From positions 2,304,001 through 2,368,000 of the forward strand of contig OY969706.1 in the NCBI GenBank assembly GCA_963702095.1: 64,000 nucleotides of DNA, in the 5' to 3' direction. Position 1 is the stretch's first letter. Each line of letters starts with the position of its first letter. This document shows positions 1 through 9,567 of the stretch, in pieces. The notes below the pieces were generated by a model. That model was given only the letters and a program-made list of their open reading frames with translations, was not told the DNA's origin and ran no database searches. Made by a program: the position numbers and the translations under genes. The stretch comes from Candidatus Bathyarchaeota archaeon. GTDB taxonomy: Archaea > Thermoproteota > Bathyarchaeia > Bathyarchaeales > Bathycorpusculaceae.

Positions 1-311
1 TCAGCTATGTATGGGAAGCTTTGAGTCTCTACGTGACCGGATGGCGAAGTGATGGTGAGTTGGAAGTTGTGGAATCGGTAGGTGTTCGTGTATCCTGAAC
101 CATAGAAGTAGTTAGTTAAGAACATGAAGACATTGACTTGCTGGTCGACACCGATTGGATTTGGTGCGCAGACGACATAGGCGTAGGTTGGTATTTCCCA
201 TCGGGGTTCATGTGCGTTTGCTGTTGGCATAAGTGTTGCGGTTGCTTCGATTGAGCATATTAATATTATCAATATTACTATAGCTAAGGTTTTGTTTTTT
301 TCAAATTTCAT
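1..311 (-). CDS. Secreted PQQ-like beta-propeller surface protein, N-terminal part (runs off the window)
   Basis: Manual translation from ATG 311: MKFEKNKTLAIVILIILICSIEATATLMPTANAHEPRWEIPTYAYVVCAPNPIGVDQQVNVFMFLTNYFYG. Signal peptide; clear paralog of the gene starting at 4413; GGAG SD upstream. Confidence 0.85.
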   Translation of the reverse strand, partial: MKFEKNKTLAIVILIILICSIEATATLMPTANAHEPRWEIPTYAYVVCAPNPIGVDQQVNVFMFLTNYFYGSGYTNTYRFHNFQLTITSPSGHVETQSFPYIA

Positions 312-356
312 TTTTTATTCTCCTTTTAGTTGGGTGGTTGGTCTTTTAGCGGATAA

Positions 357-371
357 GCTATTTAAAATTTT
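357..371 (-). promoter_or_regulatory. Putative TATA box of the first beta-propeller gene
   Basis: TTTAAATAGC on the minus strand about 50 nt upstream of ATG 311; the same motif precedes the paralog at 4463-4478. Confidence 0.55.
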
Positions 372-508
372 GCAATTAATGTTTTTTTACAGAAATAATT
401 TAACTTTAACAGGGGGCTATAGTTGAAACTTTTTTAAGCAATGAGGAACTCTGATACCATTGTGAAGGCAAAACAGAGAGCCAATAACATAGAGAAAGCA
501 ACCGAACA

Positions 509-526
509 ACCAATAATGATATAATA
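509..526 (+). promoter_or_regulatory. Putative BRE/TATA promoter of Lrp regulator 1
   Basis: ACCAATAATGATATAATA, conserved as ACCAATAACGATATTAAC upstream of the paralog. Confidence 0.5.
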
Positions 527-575
527 CAGACAAGTCCTCTTCGATAAACAGCAATCTCAAAAGCGTGAGAGCCGA

Positions 576-1550
576 ACGAGAGAAATTGACGAAAACGATT
601 CAGCGATTCTAAGTGCGCTTTTAGTCGAATCGAGAACTAGCTTCACGGAATTATCTAAACGCTGCGGCATATCCGTAACAGCCGTTACAAAGAGGTATAC
701 ACAACTAAAAAATTCAGGCATAATTCTCGCTGAACGCATGTTCCTAAATCCATTAAGCGTAGGCTATGAAAGCATCGCAGAAATCGGAATACTAACCGAC
801 CTATCTGACAAAGAAAAAGTCAAAGAATCATTAAAAAACAAGCCCTCGGTAAGGGTCGCATCGCCAATAGGTAAATATGACATTAGCGGTCAAATATTTG
901 CTCGAAAATTCAACGATTTATCAACACTAGTTCGTCAGATCGACATCAAACCATTCGTTAAAAGCTTAGATGTCTTAATCTTTGCTGATTTATGGGATAA
1001 CCCATGGCACCCCGAAAACCTAGTTATACCGCCAAAAGAAAAAGGCGAAAAAAAAGTATCCAAGCCCAAAAAAAGCTTTGAACCAACAGAACTGGATGAA
1101 ATAGACCTCAAAATCTGTAAAGCCTTAATGCAGAATTCGCGGGTGCCCTTCAAGAGTTTATCTCAACAAATAGGAATCTCAACATCCAACATCATTCAGA
1201 GGTATCGCTCGCTTCGAGAAAGAAACGTACTGAACCTCTCAAGCATAACTGTGGACCCTTCTAAATTGGGATACAAGGCGAACGTGGACAGCTACATCAA
1301 AGTTACAAACAGAGGAAGCATGGCTGAAGTAGAGGCACAACTGCTTGAGATACCGAATTTGACTTTCTGCGCCAAATTCATAGGAGGCACCTATGACCTA
1401 AGGATTGCAGTTAACGCTCGAGACTTCAACGATGTAAACTCTCTTAAAAAAGCAATTTACTCAATAGATAACATAAAACATGCTGAATTCTATATTTTTG
1501 TGAATCCGACCAGGTGGCCAACCGACTTTATAGGCGGTTCACTAATCTAA
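576..1550 (+). CDS. Lrp/AsnC family regulator with tandem-duplicated HTH+RAM modules (start uncertain, non-canonical)
   Basis: The track ORF starts at 738, but the frame extends upstream through a full HTH (IDENDSAILSALLVESRTSFTELSKRCGISVTAVTKRY). A second HTH (LDEIDLKICKALMQNSRVPFKSLSQQIG) lies mid-protein. Confidence 0.85.
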   Translation, partial: TREIDENDSAILSALLVESRTSFTELSKRCGISVTAVTKRYTQLKNSGIILAERMFLNPLSVGYESIAEIGILTDLSDKEKVKESLKNKPSVRVASPIGKYDISGQIFARKFNDLSTLVRQIDIKPFVKSLDVLIFADLWDNPWHPENLVIPPKEKGEKKVSKPKKSFEPTELDEIDLKICKALMQNSRVPFKSLSQQIGISTSNIIQRYRSLRERNVLNLSSITVDPSKLGYKANVDSYIKVTNRGSMAEVEAQLLEIPNLTFCAKFIGGTYDLRIAVNARDFNDVNSLKKAIYSIDNIKHAEFYIFVNPTRWPTDFIGGSLI

Positions 1551-1563
1551 GACTTGGCTTTGT

Positions 1564-1641
1564 GGTTTGCTGGGGCTCTGGACCGCAACTAAAGGAGAAA
1601 AGAATGGAAAATGCAACTAAACCATTCTTCAACCGCGATCT
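1564..1641 (+). repeat. Dispersed intergenic repeat family A, copy 1 (hairpin core)
   Basis: The 31-nt AGAAAAGAATGGAAAATGCAACTAAACCATT (1596-1626) is identical at 28102-28132, and GGTTTGCTGGGG is shared upstream. Confidence 0.8.
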
Positions 1642-1680
1642 GTTATTTCTATTCCAGAGCCCTCTCAGCCCAATTTTGCA

Positions 1681-1716
1681 CTTTTTGCTTCCAAAAAAAG
1701 GAAGAAGGGAAATTGT
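1681..1716 (-). terminator. Putative oligo-U terminator of the beta-propeller gene
   Basis: TTTCCCTTCTTCCTTTTTTTGGAAG on the minus strand just after the stop at 1730. Confidence 0.45.
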
Positions 1717-1729
1717 TTGTTGTTGAAGT

Positions 1730-4413
1730 TTATTGTCGTTTTCTAACTAGCAGAGCCAGTACTGCACCGATTATGATGACTACTACGATGATTGCAGCGC
1801 CTATGCCTAAGATGTAGTTCTGTGTTGATGACAAATCGACAGGTTGCGATGTGGGAGACGGTGATGATGCCTGCATTACTGTGAAGTGGTCTTCAGCGTA
1901 TGATGGCCAATAACCGTTGGTGCCAACAAAGTTTGCGTAGACTGTGAAATCGCCAGAGATATCAGGAGTCCAAGTATAGCTGTAGATGCCTGTTGCATCA
2001 GTGGTTGCAGTGCCAATTTGGCGGTAGTTACCATTGGAGTCAACAACGGAGAGAGCCACCGTGACACCAGTATAGTTGCTTGGTTGAGGCTCTTGCTGGT
2101 AGACATAGCCCATCCACTCTTTCATGCATGCGTCAGATGCTGCTGGAACACCGTTGGGGAACCGTACAGCTTGTTCGTCCTGGGTTGTGCCACTTGAAAG
2201 GTCCATAACTGAACCGGTTATTACCAGTGGTTGCTCCCAAGATAGACCTGTATGCGGCGCTGAAACGGTAGTTGAACTTGCGCCTCTGCCAACAACGTAG
2301 ATTTGGTTGTCGTAGCCGTTGAACCATGTATTGTAGCCGTCAGCCATAGCATAGCTTGTTTTGCCGAATTCCATGGTAACTGAGGAAACTGTCCAGATTT
2401 CTGAACCGTCAGTTGCGTTGACTGCGCGCGCTAAGCCGTCTTTGTAGATTGGGGTTGTCCATGTGTGTTCGCTTGTGATTAGGTAGACAACGTCGTTGCC
2501 GATTGCCTGTATGAAGGTTGGAATGTTGCCGTATGGCCAGTGCGTAGCCTGAGTTGGTGCTGTTTCCTTCGCCGCCGTTACCATAAGTCCAGAGTACGTC
2601 GCCGGTTGTCATGTCATAGCAGTAGAGTATGCCAGCCATGCCTGAGCTGTAGAGTTTGCCGTATGCGATTTGTCCTGAGAGAACGCCTGCGCTTGTGCTG
2701 CCATAGTAGTCGAAGGCTGCTTGAGGTTCACCTGTCCATAGTGAGCTACCGTCGTTTAGACTGTAGGCAACCCACTGTGTAGCTTCCTTGTAAGACTGCA
2801 AAAAGACACGGGTATCCCAGTCGATTCCGCCCTGTACAACTGTATAGTTGTTGTCTGGAGGACTAAGAGTCTTTGACCAGAGAACAGAGCCGACTGCACC
2901 TCTAGATGAGTCTAGGTTGATGAAGTAGTAGGTGTAATCCGTTTGGCTTACAGTTCCGAAGTTCATGTTTTCGCCGTTAGAAGGCAATTTACCAGAGTAG
3001 CAAAGTATGCCGTCACCATATTTTGCGCCAACCACCGTTAAGGTGCTTGCGCTGTATGCTGACGAAACGTTCCAGTCATAGCGGTTGGTAGTGCTTCCAT
3101 CAATTATGCCTGTCATGGTTGGGGCTGCAGCTGTACCAGCAATGAAAAGCTTGGTTGAATTCCATTGTGCTAGATACCAGTTGGGATTTGTTGAGTTGCC
3201 AAGGTTAGTCATTATGTAGTTTAAGTATTCACCGTCTGGACCCATAACTCGAGCAGCGTTAGTTTGGACAGCAAATGAACCAGAGGGATACGATGGGACG
3301 TTAGTGACGTTGAATATCCAGTTGCCAGTGTCTGCATCATAGCCCATCCATGTATTACCACTCATGGCAATTAGTACAGGTGGAGATACGCCGTGTTCGT
3401 TTTGTGTCTGCACGTTCATGATTAAACCCATTGAAAGCGCTGGGACATCCGTTCGAGACCAAATTTCTTTGCCCGTTTGTAGGTCAACGCATACAGTTGG
3501 TCCATAGCCGCTTGCTGCGCCACTCATGCCGTAGCCGGTATTGCTGAAGCCTAGGGGTTCTGTGTAGTAGAGCATGCCGTCAAGTATTATGGGGTTGTTG
3601 TATCGGATGAGGTATGCTGAGCCGTCGAAGTAGGTTTGTCCTTGAATGCTAGTGTTGTTTCCGCCGACAACACCGCCGCTTTGGAGGGGTTTAGTCCACA
3701 TGATGTGGCTTGTCTGAGAGCCAATAGCGTCGCCTGGATAAACTGCCATACCGTTGTAAGCTCCGCCTGCTGCGTCTGCGCCTGTGCTGGTCCAACCGCC
3801 ATAGTTTGGTGCAGTTAGGCCTAGCCAGTTAGATGAGATGCTCCACCAGTCAGTGTTCTCGCCGTAGATTGGACGACTCCAATATTCAGTTGGCAGTGGG
3901 TAGCTGGTGATGGCTGCGGGTATTGGGTCTTCTTGAACGGTGAGTGTTGTTTCTGCACTGCTTAGCTAAAAAGACGTCGCCGATATATGCTGAACCTTCG
4001 GGTTGGTCATTTGCAGTCATGGTTTGTCCTGGGTAGGTGAAGTTCAACGTGTAGGTGCCGACTTCTGTCGGGGTAAAAGTTGTGGCTTGTGCTGAGGTTG
4101 TGTCAGCGATGTTTGCAAAAGTTTGTTCAGTTACTTGACCGGTGGGCGAGGTTATGGTGAGTTTGTAGTTGTGAAATCGGTAGTCGTTTGTGTATTGTGA
4201 GTTGTAGAAGTAGTTGGTTAAGAACATGAAGACGGATACTTGTTGATCGACGCCTACGGGGTTAGGTGCGGCTGTGATGTAAGCGTAAGTGGGAATCTCC
4301 CAAACGGGATCATGAGCACTTGCGTTTGGCACTAGTGTTATTGATGCTCCGATTGATACTGTTAGAAGGATTGCGATCGTAATAGCCATTGTTTTATTTT
4401 TGGTATAATTCAT
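1730..4413 (-). CDS. Secreted PQQ-binding-like beta-propeller protein with C-terminal membrane anchor (two apparent frameshifts, ~3963 and ~2540)
   Basis: Three track ORFs join into one ~890-aa protein: signal peptide, repeated 'C.D..TG..LW' propeller motifs, an Ig-like domain, an S/T/P linker, then a TM helix and LVRKRQ tail. Confidence 0.85.
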
Positions 4414-4462
4414 GCTTTTTTTATTCTCCTATCATTAGGTGGCTTAGCTAAAACAAGCCTTC

Positions 4463-4478
4463 GCTATTTAAAAATTTC
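4463..4478 (-). promoter_or_regulatory. Putative TATA box of the second beta-propeller gene
   Basis: TTTAAATAGC about 50 nt upstream of ATG 4413, matching 357-371. Confidence 0.55.
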
Positions 4479-4585
4479 TCCAAATCTGTACCAACTGCAC
4501 ATTTTTTAACGGTTACATTAAAAAAACATTTAAAATATTTTAGACGCCTCAACCAAAAATACAGCACCGAAAACAGGTAACCACC

Positions 4586-4603
4586 ACCAATAACGATATT
4601 AAC
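4586..4603 (+). promoter_or_regulatory. Putative BRE/TATA promoter of Lrp regulator 2
   Basis: ACCAATAACGATATTAAC, homologous to 509-526. Confidence 0.5.
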
Positions 4604-4645
4604 AAAAACAATCGATTTCAGTAGCAAGCAAAAAGTGAAATCAAA

Positions 4646-5623
4646 ACGAGACCAATCGACGAAACAGACGCCAAAATTCTCACCACACTCCTAGCGGAGT
4701 CACGCACAAGCTTCACCGAAATAGCTAAGGAAATCGGCGTATCAGTAACAGCAGCCATACGAAGATATACACGCTTAAAAAGAGATGGCATAATTCAAGG
4801 CGAACATATGTATCTCAACCCCTTAAGCGTGGCTTATGAAAGTATAGCAGAAATCGGAATACTAACCGATTTAGCGGACAAAGACAAAGTAAAAACGCTA
4901 TTAAAAACCAAACCATCAATGACAATTACTCCAACCGCAATAGGCAAATACGACATCTGCGGCATACTTTACGCGCACAAATTTAATGAATTATCCGCAT
5001 TAGTCCAGCAAATAGACATCAAACCCCTAGTCAAAAACTTGGATGTTCTGATTTTTACTGATCTATGGGATAACCCCTGGCACCCTGAAAACCTCGTAAT
5101 TTCACCGTTAGAAAAAGTGGAAAAAAGGAGCCACAGGCAGAAAAAGACATTTACACCTATGGATTTGGATGAAAAAGACCTTGATATCTGCAGGGCGTTA
5201 ATGCGTGGCTCACGAACTCCCTTCAAGGATATAGCAAATAGTTTAGGGGTTTCTACCTCTTACGTAACAGAAAGATACCGCCTACTCAGAGAAAAAAATG
5301 TTCTCAACCTCTCGAGCATTACAGTTAACTTACCAAAACTGGGCTATAGGGCAAACGCGGACAGTTACATTAAAGTCACAAACAGAGGAGGCCTGCCCGA
5401 AGTCGAGGAACAACTGCTTGAGATACCGAATTTGACTTTCTGCGCCAAATATGTTGGGGGAGCCTACGACTTCAGAGTCGCAGTTAACGTTCAAGACTTC
5501 AACGGTGTTGACTCTATGAAACAAGCGATTTACTCCATCGACAACGTCAAGCACGCGGAATTCTATATATTTGTGAACCCGATTTTCTGGTTCAGCGATT
5601 TCATCGGCGGAAACCTAATCTAA
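4646..5623 (+). CDS. Lrp/AsnC family regulator with tandem-duplicated modules, paralog of 576-1550 (start uncertain)
   Basis: An in-frame HTH (IDETDAKILTTLLAESRTSFTEIAKEIGVSVTAAIRRY) lies upstream of track start 4808; long identical stretches with the paralog (e.g. DLWDNPWHPENLVI, QLLEIPNLTFCAK). Confidence 0.85.
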   Translation, partial: TRPIDETDAKILTTLLAESRTSFTEIAKEIGVSVTAAIRRYTRLKRDGIIQGEHMYLNPLSVAYESIAEIGILTDLADKDKVKTLLKTKPSMTITPTAIGKYDICGILYAHKFNELSALVQQIDIKPLVKNLDVLIFTDLWDNPWHPENLVISPLEKVEKRSHRQKKTFTPMDLDEKDLDICRALMRGSRTPFKDIANSLGVSTSYVTERYRLLREKNVLNLSSITVNLPKLGYRANADSYIKVTNRGGLPEVEEQLLEIPNLTFCAKYVGGAYDFRVAVNVQDFNGVDSMKQAIYSIDNVKHAEFYIFVNPIFWFSDFIGGNLI

Positions 5624-5631
5624 CCGCCATA

Positions 5632-6759
5632 TCACTTCGATTTTAATGTGAGGGCAACAACGAAGGCTACTGCCGAAAAAGCACCCATACCTAACAAAGA
5701 AACCGTTAACGAACTTGACAAATCGACAAGATAACCAATAATCAAACCTGCAAAGACTGCGCTAAGGGCTCCAAAAACCGCAATTAAACCAATTCCGACG
5801 CCTGCCTTGCGGCAACCTAAAATTTCTGCGGGCATCGCATTAATGACTGGCGACGCAATCGTGGCTGCAATACCCATAAAAATAACTGAGCTGAACACTG
5901 CCGAAATGGGTCCGAAAGCCAAAGCAACAAATGAAACCGTTGTCAACAGTGGACCCAGCACGATGAAAAGGCGTCTCTTACCCATTTTATCGGACAAGAA
6001 ACCGAAAAAGGGATTGAAAAGGACAGTTGGAAGAATGGACAGTGACGCCAACAGACTGGCTTCGACTATTGGCATACTAGTGAATTGTGTGTATAGGGTG
6101 GGGGCCCACATTGAAAATGCAGAAGCGGCGACATTGATACAGAATCCGACTATTGCAACCTTCCAGAGGCTTAAATTTAAGTAATCATTTCTAACTCCAG
6201 TTGCAAGCACTTTTTCCTCGCAAAAGGGGTTTTCCTTCATCACTATTGCATTAATTACTAACCCAAAAACTGCCAATAAAAGACTGACATAAAAAGGAAA
6301 TTGCCAATTAAAACTAGTTGCGGCAAGGCTGACTGCGGAGTAGGTGATAATCGTTACTATGGGGGTGCTTGCTCCAAGAATTCCCATAGCTTTGCCCAGT
6401 TCTTTTCTGCTAAACCACTGTGAAACTGCACCTAAGGTGGTGATATGCATCAAGTTGCCGCCTATACCCAGAAGAAACCTGCCTAAAAGTAACCACTCAA
6501 ACGAGTTAGATAAGACCGTGACAAAACAAGCCACGGTAATGCAAAACGAGGCTAAAACGCCGGTTCTTCTGGCATGATACTTATTGAACAGCCAAGCGGA
6601 GGGTAAACTAAGAAAAAGCCCTGGAACCACAGCAATGGAAATTAGCAGTCCAGCTTGGACGGCTGAAATCGAGAATTGATCCATAAGTTGTGGAAGCACC
6701 GGGGGAACCGACTGAAAAGCAACCGTGAAAATGTTTGTTGAAAATACAGCTACCAACAT
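5632..6759 (-). CDS. MFS transporter
   Basis: About 12 hydrophobic helices; motifs GRFLLGIG and GFLSDKMGKRR. The frame continues upstream through AYRWVI, so the true start may be near 6816. Confidence 0.85.
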   Translation of the reverse strand: MLVAVFSTNIFTVAFQSVPPVLPQLMDQFSISAVQAGLLISIAVVPGLFLSLPSAWLFNKYHARRTGVLASFCITVACFVTVLSNSFEWLLLGRFLLGIGGNLMHITTLGAVSQWFSRKELGKAMGILGASTPIVTIITYSAVSLAATSFNWQFPFYVSLLLAVFGLVINAIVMKENPFCEEKVLATGVRNDYLNLSLWKVAIVGFCINVAASAFSMWAPTLYTQFTSMPIVEASLLASLSILPTVLFNPFFGFLSDKMGKRRLFIVLGPLLTTVSFVALAFGPISAVFSSVIFMGIAATIASPVINAMPAEILGCRKAGVGIGLIAVFGALSAVFAGLIIGYLVDLSSSLTVSLLGMGAFSAVAFVVALTLKSK

Positions 6760-6993
6760 AATTACCCATCGATAGGCCTGACCATTCGGATGCTGGGCTA
6801 GCAGATTGTCCCCGATGACTTTTTCTCCCCTCTTCGCGGCAGATTAGCAAACGATTCTCTATTTTGCCAATCAGTCTATGTTGCATCAGTTAGTTTATAG
6901 AACTTTGCCAAAATTAGACCTATTTTTTGGTACAAGCAATTAGCCAACAAGATTTCAAGGCTAATGTGAGAAAAGATGTGTTTTTTTCAGCAC

Positions 6994-7182
6994 TTATTGT
7001 GCACAGGCGTCGCTGATTGAGTGTATCTCATAGTGGTTGAATAGACGCCGCAGGGCATCCTTGACGATTTCTGCTTGGCTTTCGTACAAACCGTCTTTGA
7101 TTAAAGCGTCCATGCCGTCGATGTATGGACCCCCGACGAGAACTTTGAGATTCTTCCTCTGGGCAACTGTCATTTCGCTCAT
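6994..7182 (-). CDS. Ribbon-helix-helix (CopG-like) small regulator
   Basis: 62 aa; 'MDALIKDGLYESQAEIVKDALRRL' is typical of archaeal RHH proteins. Confidence 0.7.
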   Translation of the reverse strand: MSEMTVAQRKNLKVLVGGPYIDGMDALIKDGLYESQAEIVKDALRRLFNHYEIHSISDACAQ

Positions 7183-7254
7183 CTCCTCTGCAGCTTAATT
7201 GGCTCAACAGCTTTAAAAAAATAAATTCGATTCGGATTCAGAAAAATCATAGTT

Positions 7255-7973
7255 TCAAACAGGGATGTTATCCTTAGAAGCCTCAAAACCAACGATATTG
7301 CGCTCCAACCGCCCACTCCGCAACACATAATCAGTCGCTCCCACAAAGGACTCATAGAGGTCAGTAGTAGTAACAACCACAGTCACCCTACCCTCAGCAC
7401 TAATCTTGCCCAACAAATCCATCACTAATGCCGCGTTCTCATCATCGAGACTTGAAGTTGGCTCATCCGCCAGCAACAACCGCGGGTGATTCACCAAAGC
7501 ACGGATCACTGCTACACGCTGCCTTTCTCCACCACTGAGACTCTCGGGGAATCGCTCTGCAAAATCGCCTAGCCCAAACTGCCACAGCAACTCCAAAGCC
7601 CTAGCACGTCGCACAGATTTCTTAACGCCAGCTAAAGCCATAGGCAACTCCACTTCTGCAACACAGTCAAAGAAGGCAACAAATTAAAGAACTGGAAAAC
7701 CAAGCCGAGTTCTCGTAGCCTCAAATTGGACTTTTCGCCGTCCCTAAGAGTATGGATGTCTTTTCCGAAGAGGCGCACGACGCCGTCGTTAGGTGATTCG
7801 AGCAAACCCATGATTTTGAATAGCGTTGTTTTTCCCATACCGGATTTGCCTCGGACAACGATGAATTCGCCTTCTTCAACCGTTAGGTTGATGTTTTTTA
7901 GGATTGGGGTTGAAAAGTAATTTTTCGAAATGTTAACTAAATCTATTATCTTGTTTAGGCTTTTACTTTGCAT
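7255..7973 (-). CDS. ABC transporter ATP-binding protein, LolD/MacB type (frameshift ~7655)
   Basis: Walker A GKSGMGKTT and FQFFNLL in the upstream ORF; LSGGERQRV and LLLADEPT in the downstream ORF. One base is missing in LQ(N)VELPM. Confidence 0.85.
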
Positions 7974-9567
7974 ATATACTCACCATGTTGTTAGCGTAAA
8001 CTTGGTTTAGGCTTAGGAGTTTGTTGGACCAGTTTTCTGGGAGGGGCGCAACGTTTCCACTGTAGACTACATAGCCGTTGGTGTACATTTCAGGGTAAAC
8101 AAACAAAAAGGCAGGTTTAGAACCGCCAGCGTCTAGAAACCTGAAGCCGCCCATAACATCGGTGTGCACATTTTGGTAGCCTTCTAGGAGATAGTAAACT
8201 TTCATGTCGCCGGCTACAGTCTGGCTTGACGCATAGGTTGCTATCCACTGGGCTGAGGAGGCTTCGGGAACATGATAGAGCCAAAAGTACCCTAAGTATG
8301 GTTCCTGTAAAGAAACGGAAGCGTACAAACTGTAGGATCCCACGCAAGCTGCAACCGTGACAGCCACTGCAATACCCACCAGGCAAAACCGCCGCATCGA
8401 AGCATGCTGAATGCTTATAAATTTGTGGAAAAATATGCCTGTCATGACAAACAGGGGCAGCAACAAGAAATCCAGTATCCGACAACTCAAAGTCAACCCC
8501 ATTGATGACCCACTGAAAAATGCATAAGCTCCAAAAGCAACTAATGGGGCAAACCAAAAAACGGGAACCAAGAGTGTGCTTTGGCGCTCATGCAAGCCAC
8601 TGAAGCCAAGCGTAAACAGCGGCACTATGATTAGGTAGGGAATAAAAAAAATGAAGTAATGTATGGGTAGCGTTGGAGCGGTAGGAATCAAGCTTTTTTG
8701 GGTAAAAAGAGCTATAAAGCAACAAGCTAACCCCAGTACGATAAAGTAGCGTATCGCTAAGAACTTTTTGGAGATAGAGCTGTGTTTGGTAATGAAGAAT
8801 AGGGCTGCTGAAAAAACCAGTATCTGATAGGCACCTACCGCCAGCAAATCATTGGCAGATACAGCATTTGGCAAGCCCTCGTAAGCGAAAAAACCATAGT
8901 ACACGCCAGCGATGCCTAAAATTATGGCAATCAAACTTAGGTTTTGCTTCAGAGAACCGCCCAAACGGCTGTCTCGGCTATAGAATAAAGCAAACGCTAA
9001 AAACACTAAAATTTCGATTGTTAAAAACGCAGTTAAATGATGGGTTAAAACCAGCGCTGTTGAGGCTGCAGAGAAAAGCAGAATTCGTTTCCAAGAAGGT
9101 TTAAGCAGAAAAATCAGGATTACGGAGAGGTAAATTGGGTTGGCAAACGTTTCTTTTGTTACGCCCGCGGTTAATTCGATGTAAGGGTAGGCAGTAGCTA
9201 ACAAACCGGTGGCTATTAACGCCGTTTCTACTTTACCGGTGATTTTGCGAGTTAAAACAAAAAACAGAGGGATAGTTAGGGCACCCGCTGAAGGAACACC
9301 GATGGCCATGGCATTGATGGGGTCAAGGCCTGTGACTTCTGAGAAGACTGCTCCAAAGAGGCTGTTTCCTGGCCAAAAGTTGTTGTAGCCATCAAACAAA
9401 CTGGTATTGCCTAAAGCTACAGGCGAGTTCTGCAATATCAATTCGGTGTTTCGGATGCAACTCCATCCATCTGTGGAGAAGGGTAAACCGCTAACCAAGA
9501 AGGGGTATAGCCTCAAGAGGAAGGCAACTGCAATAATAATGGCTAAGAGGTAGATGTATTTTCTCAG
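7963..9567 (-). CDS. Polytopic membrane protein, GT-C/DUF2206-like (probable CTG start)
   Basis: More than 10 TM helices, an N-terminal 'LLRLYP...STDGW' loop and a THHLT motif. The first TM helix lies upstream of track start 9516 and begins at a CTG overlapping the upstream TGA. Confidence 0.7.
   Translation of the reverse strand: MRKYIYLLAIIIAVAFLLRLYPFLVSGLPFSTDGWSCIRNTELILQNSPVALGNTSLFDGYNNFWPGNSLFGAVFSEVTGLDPINAMAIGVPSAGALTIPLFFVLTRKITGKVETALIATGLLATAYPYIELTAGVTKETFANPIYLSVILIFLLKPSWKRILLFSAASTALVLTHHLTAFLTIEILVFLAFALFYSRDSRLGGSLKQNLSLIAIILGIAGVYYGFFAYEGLPNAVSANDLLAVGAYQILVFSAALFFITKHSSISKKFLAIRYFIVLGLACCFIALFTQKSLIPTAPTLPIHYFIFFIPYLIIVPLFTLGFSGLHERQSTLLVPVFWFAPLVAFGAYAFFSGSSMGLTLSCRILDFLLLPLFVMTGIFFHKFISIQHASMRRFCLVGIAVAVTVAACVGSYSLYASVSLQEPYLGYFWLYHVPEASSAQWIATYASSQTVAGDMKVYYLLEGYQNVHTDVMGGFRFLDAGGSKPAFLFVYPEMYTNGYVVYSGNVAPLPENWSNKLLSLNQVYANNMVSIYAK

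Noticed and set aside
1596-1626. 31-nt repeat as a CRISPR repeat
   Set aside because: Only two copies 26 kb apart, with no spacer array and no cas genes.
1604-1726. MENATKPF... micro-ORF within repeat family A
   Set aside because: Only the first 8 codons are shared with the copy at 28110-28172, conservation is at nucleotide level including upstream bases, and the ORF lengths differ.
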